Shown here piece after piece: positions 25,915 through 28,506 of a DNA stretch of 28,506 bases. A program made the translations under genes and the position numbers. Numbering within the stretch: the first letter of the stretch is position 1; each line of letters opens with the position of its first letter. The stretch is from a virus: the IMG/VR virus record IMGVR_UViG_3300045988_180696, positions 1 to 28,506 of that record, one strand, 5' to 3'. The notes under the pieces were generated by a model. That model was not told where the DNA came from, ran no database searches, and worked only from the letters and a program-made list of their open reading frames with translations.

Positions 25915-26937
25915 ATGGGAGGTCTTAATACCATCGGGCATGCCATCAGCAATGACAAGGTAAACTTGGATGCTGGATGCAAAAGCTTGCTTGGCTGTAC
26001 ACCCGTTGCGGCTTTTATCGCTAAGAATTGCATTCCAGAATTTCATGATATGGCTCTTGATAAGATTCAAGAGTTCATTGTCTACAAAAAAGCCAAAAGC
26101 GAAATGACACCGAAGGAGTTGGCAGAAATTCAAAAATCCAACATCCCTCCAGTCGAAATTAGCTGTCATCCTGTTGAAGACCTGCCTGATAAACTGAACG
26201 AAAAGAACGTAGAATCCAAAAGCATAAATGAGGGAACAATATACTACGATGTGTTGTTCGATATTGGCTTGCCTTGCGGTAAAGCCAATCGAGTCATTGT
26301 GGATATTGAAGCTCAAAATAAGTACAACCCTGGATACCACATGCTGAACCGTGGAAGTTTTTACTGCGGCAGAATGGTTTCTGCGCAAAAGGAATCTGTT
26401 TTCCATAACTCGGACTATGATAAGCTGCAAAAGGTATACAGCATTTGGCTGTGTATTGACCCTGGTGAAGAAGTTCGTGGTGTTTGTAACACCTATTCAA
26501 TGACCGAAACCTGTTTGGCCAAAGAATATCATTTTCCGAAAGAGCAATATGACAATTACTGCATTGTTATGGCTTGCTTGCAGGATAAAGAGTCCGATAA
26601 TGACATGGTACGTCTCTTTTCTACGATTTTTGATAATAAAACGCCTGTGGAGAAAAAGCTGCAACTTGCAACCGAGTGCGGCTTGCCCGTTACCACCGAC
26701 GTCAAGGAGGGTATCAATCAAATGTGTAATTATAGTGACTTTGTCGAGCAGCAGGGTGTCGAAAAAGGTCTTGCAAAAGGCCGCAAAGAAGGGCATCTCG
26801 AATCTCTTTCCGGAAGTGTTACAAACCTTGTACGTTCTGGACGCTTTTCCGTTGAGGCGGCATTGGACATTCTGAAGGTGCCTGCTGACATCCGCTCGAC
26901 TGTCAAAGAAAACGCTGAGAAAGCGTTGAGCAAATAA
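25915..26937 (+). CDS. PD-(D/E)XK nuclease family transposase-like protein (PDDEXK_2 / Rpn-like)
   Basis: LFDIGLPCGKANRVIVDIEAQNKYNPGYHMLNRGSFYCGRMVSAQKESVFHNSDYDKLQKVYSIWLCID, with catalytic-type D...DIEAQNK. Confidence 0.85.
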   Translation: MGGLNTIGHAISNDKVNLDAGCKSLLGCTPVAAFIAKNCIPEFHDMALDKIQEFIVYKKAKSEMTPKELAEIQKSNIPPVEISCHPVEDLPDKLNEKNVESKSINEGTIYYDVLFDIGLPCGKANRVIVDIEAQNKYNPGYHMLNRGSFYCGRMVSAQKESVFHNSDYDKLQKVYSIWLCIDPGEEVRGVCNTYSMTETCLAKEYHFPKEQYDNYCIVMACLQDKESDNDMVRLFSTIFDNKTPVEKKLQLATECGLPVTTDVKEGINQMCNYSDFVEQQGVEKGLAKGRKEGHLESLSGSVTNLVRSGRFSVEAALDILKVPADIRSTVKENAEKALSK

Positions 26938-26986
26938 CAATAAGCCGTTGCCTATGCTGGGAGGCAGCGGCTTTTCTTCTTTTTTC

Positions 26987-27014
26987 TTGCGATATTGTGC
27001 GAACGGCGTATGAT
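26987..27014 (+). promoter_or_regulatory. TGCGA-type promoter P15
   Basis: TTGCGA-tattgTGCGAacggcg-TATGAT. Confidence 0.8.
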
Positions 27015-27019
27015 GAAAC

Positions 27020-27118
27020 TGTACGATAGATACCAGCAATCAAAAGGTGCTTTGCCTTTCGTACAATTCACATTTCGCTTGAAAGCGGACTTCCCGATGT
27101 TGGGAGGTCCGCTTTTTT
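27020..27118 (+). ncRNA. Leader element K
   Basis: TGTACGA TAGATACCAGC...AAAGG...CCTTT TCGTACA, then terminator GCGGACTTCCC GATGTT GGGAGGTCCGC TTTTTT. Confidence 0.75.
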
Positions 27119-27147
27119 GCGTCAATTTCAAAAAGGAGTGTATTAAA

Positions 27148-27648
27148 ATGACTAACGCAAATGAAATGGCACAGAAAGGCTTCGACACAGGTTTCACCGA
27201 TGCCAATGACAACGAGCTTCATGTGGGTGACTATGTCCGTATCTGCGGCCACATTGGAAAAATCGTTTTTTCCTGTGGCGCATTTGGCATCTTCATTACA
27301 GATGAAGTTCCTTGGGATGCCCTTGAAGAACTGGTTCGGAAAGACAGCGGTAACCGCGCCTCTTTCTTGTACAATGACACCTTCATCAGCTTTTGGGAGA
27401 TTGTCTGGAACTTGAGTGAGGACACGGACGAGCCGTGCTTGCCCTATGTTGAGAGCATCACCGCGACCGGCGGCATTTTCACCGACGAGAACGGCAATAA
27501 GGATGTCTTCATGGGCTGCATCAACGGTTGCTCCGCCACATTGACTCAGTGCGAATACACCTGTGGACGCTACTACACCTGTGATACCGTAGCAGTGGCA
27601 AACGACCTCTTGCGCGATGACGAGAAGCGCAAAAAAGAAAACAACTGA
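27148..27648 (+). CDS. Hypothetical protein (166 aa)
   Basis: ATG 27148 with RBS AAAAAGGAG; the track start at 26995 falls inside the promoter/leader. Confidence 0.75.
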   Translation: MTNANEMAQKGFDTGFTDANDNELHVGDYVRICGHIGKIVFSCGAFGIFITDEVPWDALEELVRKDSGNRASFLYNDTFISFWEIVWNLSEDTDEPCLPYVESITATGGIFTDENGNKDVFMGCINGCSATLTQCEYTCGRYYTCDTVAVANDLLRDDEKRKKENN

Positions 27649-27700
27649 CGGTTGGGCGTGCTTTTCTACGACCACCAAAAAAAGAAAGTGAGACATTACA

Positions 27701-28506
27701 ATGGCTAAAAAGCGTGCTATCAAAGAAATCACAAAAATCAACCTGAAACAAGCTGCGCTCGAAGGTCTTTCCTACGAGAGAGCCTGTGAAACTGCCAAGC
27801 GTGCAGGGAAACCCTCTTATCGCTTCACGGTCGGCGACAAAGTACAGGTTGGTCACCTTCTAAACTGCGTTGTTGACGAGGCTCTGGAAGGCGGGTACAT
27901 GTATCTTATCCGCAGTGGTGCAAATTGTGACGACTATTCCTGCTGGGCTTGGACAAACGTTCGCCCGCTGGATGATGACAAAGATACACATTTCGCCAAG
28001 CGCAATTCTGCGCTATCCCGACTGCACTACTCAAACCGCAGTATGTATTCTTTACTCAGCTTCCAATACCTGTTCGGCGTTGATTTCAACCCTGATTATC
28101 AGCGTGGTTCTGTTTGGGATGATGAGGACAGGGAAAAGCTGCTGGACAGCATCTTCGCAGGACGCGAGATTGGTCGTTTCGTCTTTAAGCAGCTGCCATT
28201 CACTCGCACAAGCAACGATGGCAACTACTATGAAATCGTTGATGGCAAGCAGCGTATGTTGACCCTGCTTGCTTTTTACGAGAACCGATTCCCGTACAAA
28301 GGCGTATTTTACAACGACCTTTCCGTTCTGGATAAAAACTGGTTCATGGATGCTTCCATTGGTGTTGCTGAACTTGACCAGAATACGACCCGTGCAGAGG
28401 TTCTGGAAGTCTTCCTCGCTCTGAACGAAGGCGGTAAGCCTGTCGCAAAGGAAGTCCTCGACCATGCACGCGAGCTTCTGAAAGGGGAGACGGACAATGG
28501 CAAAAT
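27701..28506 (+). CDS. DUF262-domain protein (GmrSD N-terminal / ParB-like nuclease superfamily), partial at window edge
   Basis: Open to the window end, so absent from the ORF track: MAKKRAIKEITKINLK...VDFNPDYQRGSVWDDEDREKLLDSIFAGREIGRFVFKQLPF...YYEIVDGKQRMLTLLAFYENRFPY...VFLALNEGGKPVAKEVL. Confidence 0.8.
   Translation, partial: MAKKRAIKEITKINLKQAALEGLSYERACETAKRAGKPSYRFTVGDKVQVGHLLNCVVDEALEGGYMYLIRSGANCDDYSCWAWTNVRPLDDDKDTHFAKRNSALSRLHYSNRSMYSLLSFQYLFGVDFNPDYQRGSVWDDEDREKLLDSIFAGREIGRFVFKQLPFTRTSNDGNYYEIVDGKQRMLTLLAFYENRFPYKGVFYNDLSVLDKNWFMDASIGVAELDQNTTRAEVLEVFLALNEGGKPVAKEVLDHARELLKGETDNGK

Overview
This window looks like part of a large, gene-dense mobile replicon from a gut Firmicute (phage, plasmid or ICE; inference). 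About 36 mostly small, mostly unknown CDSs are all on the + strand. Recognisable genes are an IscB-type RuvC/HNH nuclease (271..1668), an ASCH-domain protein, a phage_lysozyme2-like secreted lysozyme, a complete NAD-dependent DNA ligase, a GHKL ATPase, a DUF5684-like membrane protein, a lipoprotein, an HSL-like esterase, a PDDEXK_2/Rpn-type nuclease, and a DUF262 protein that runs off the right edge and is missing from the ORF track. Two decayed IscB C-terminal fragments with IS605-type right-end hairpins are also present. The strongest undescribed signal is non-coding. There are about 15 co-oriented promoters of the form TTGnnn-N5-TGCGA-N6-TAnnnT, each with exactly 16 nt between the hexamers and TGCGA at the same internal position. 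Ten of them are followed by a short leader. Nine of those leaders start 4-5 nt after the -10 with a variant of TTGTACGATAGATAnC; most close a hairpin with TCGTACAA, and all run into an intrinsic terminator placed before the gene. This looks like a dispersed riboregulator, attenuator or antitermination family, or a small-RNA family. A second signal is an ORF with a strong RBS interrupted by two in-frame amber codons (17232..17600), in a window where I found no predicted gene ending in TAG. That fits amber recoding or readthrough, but could also be a decayed gene.
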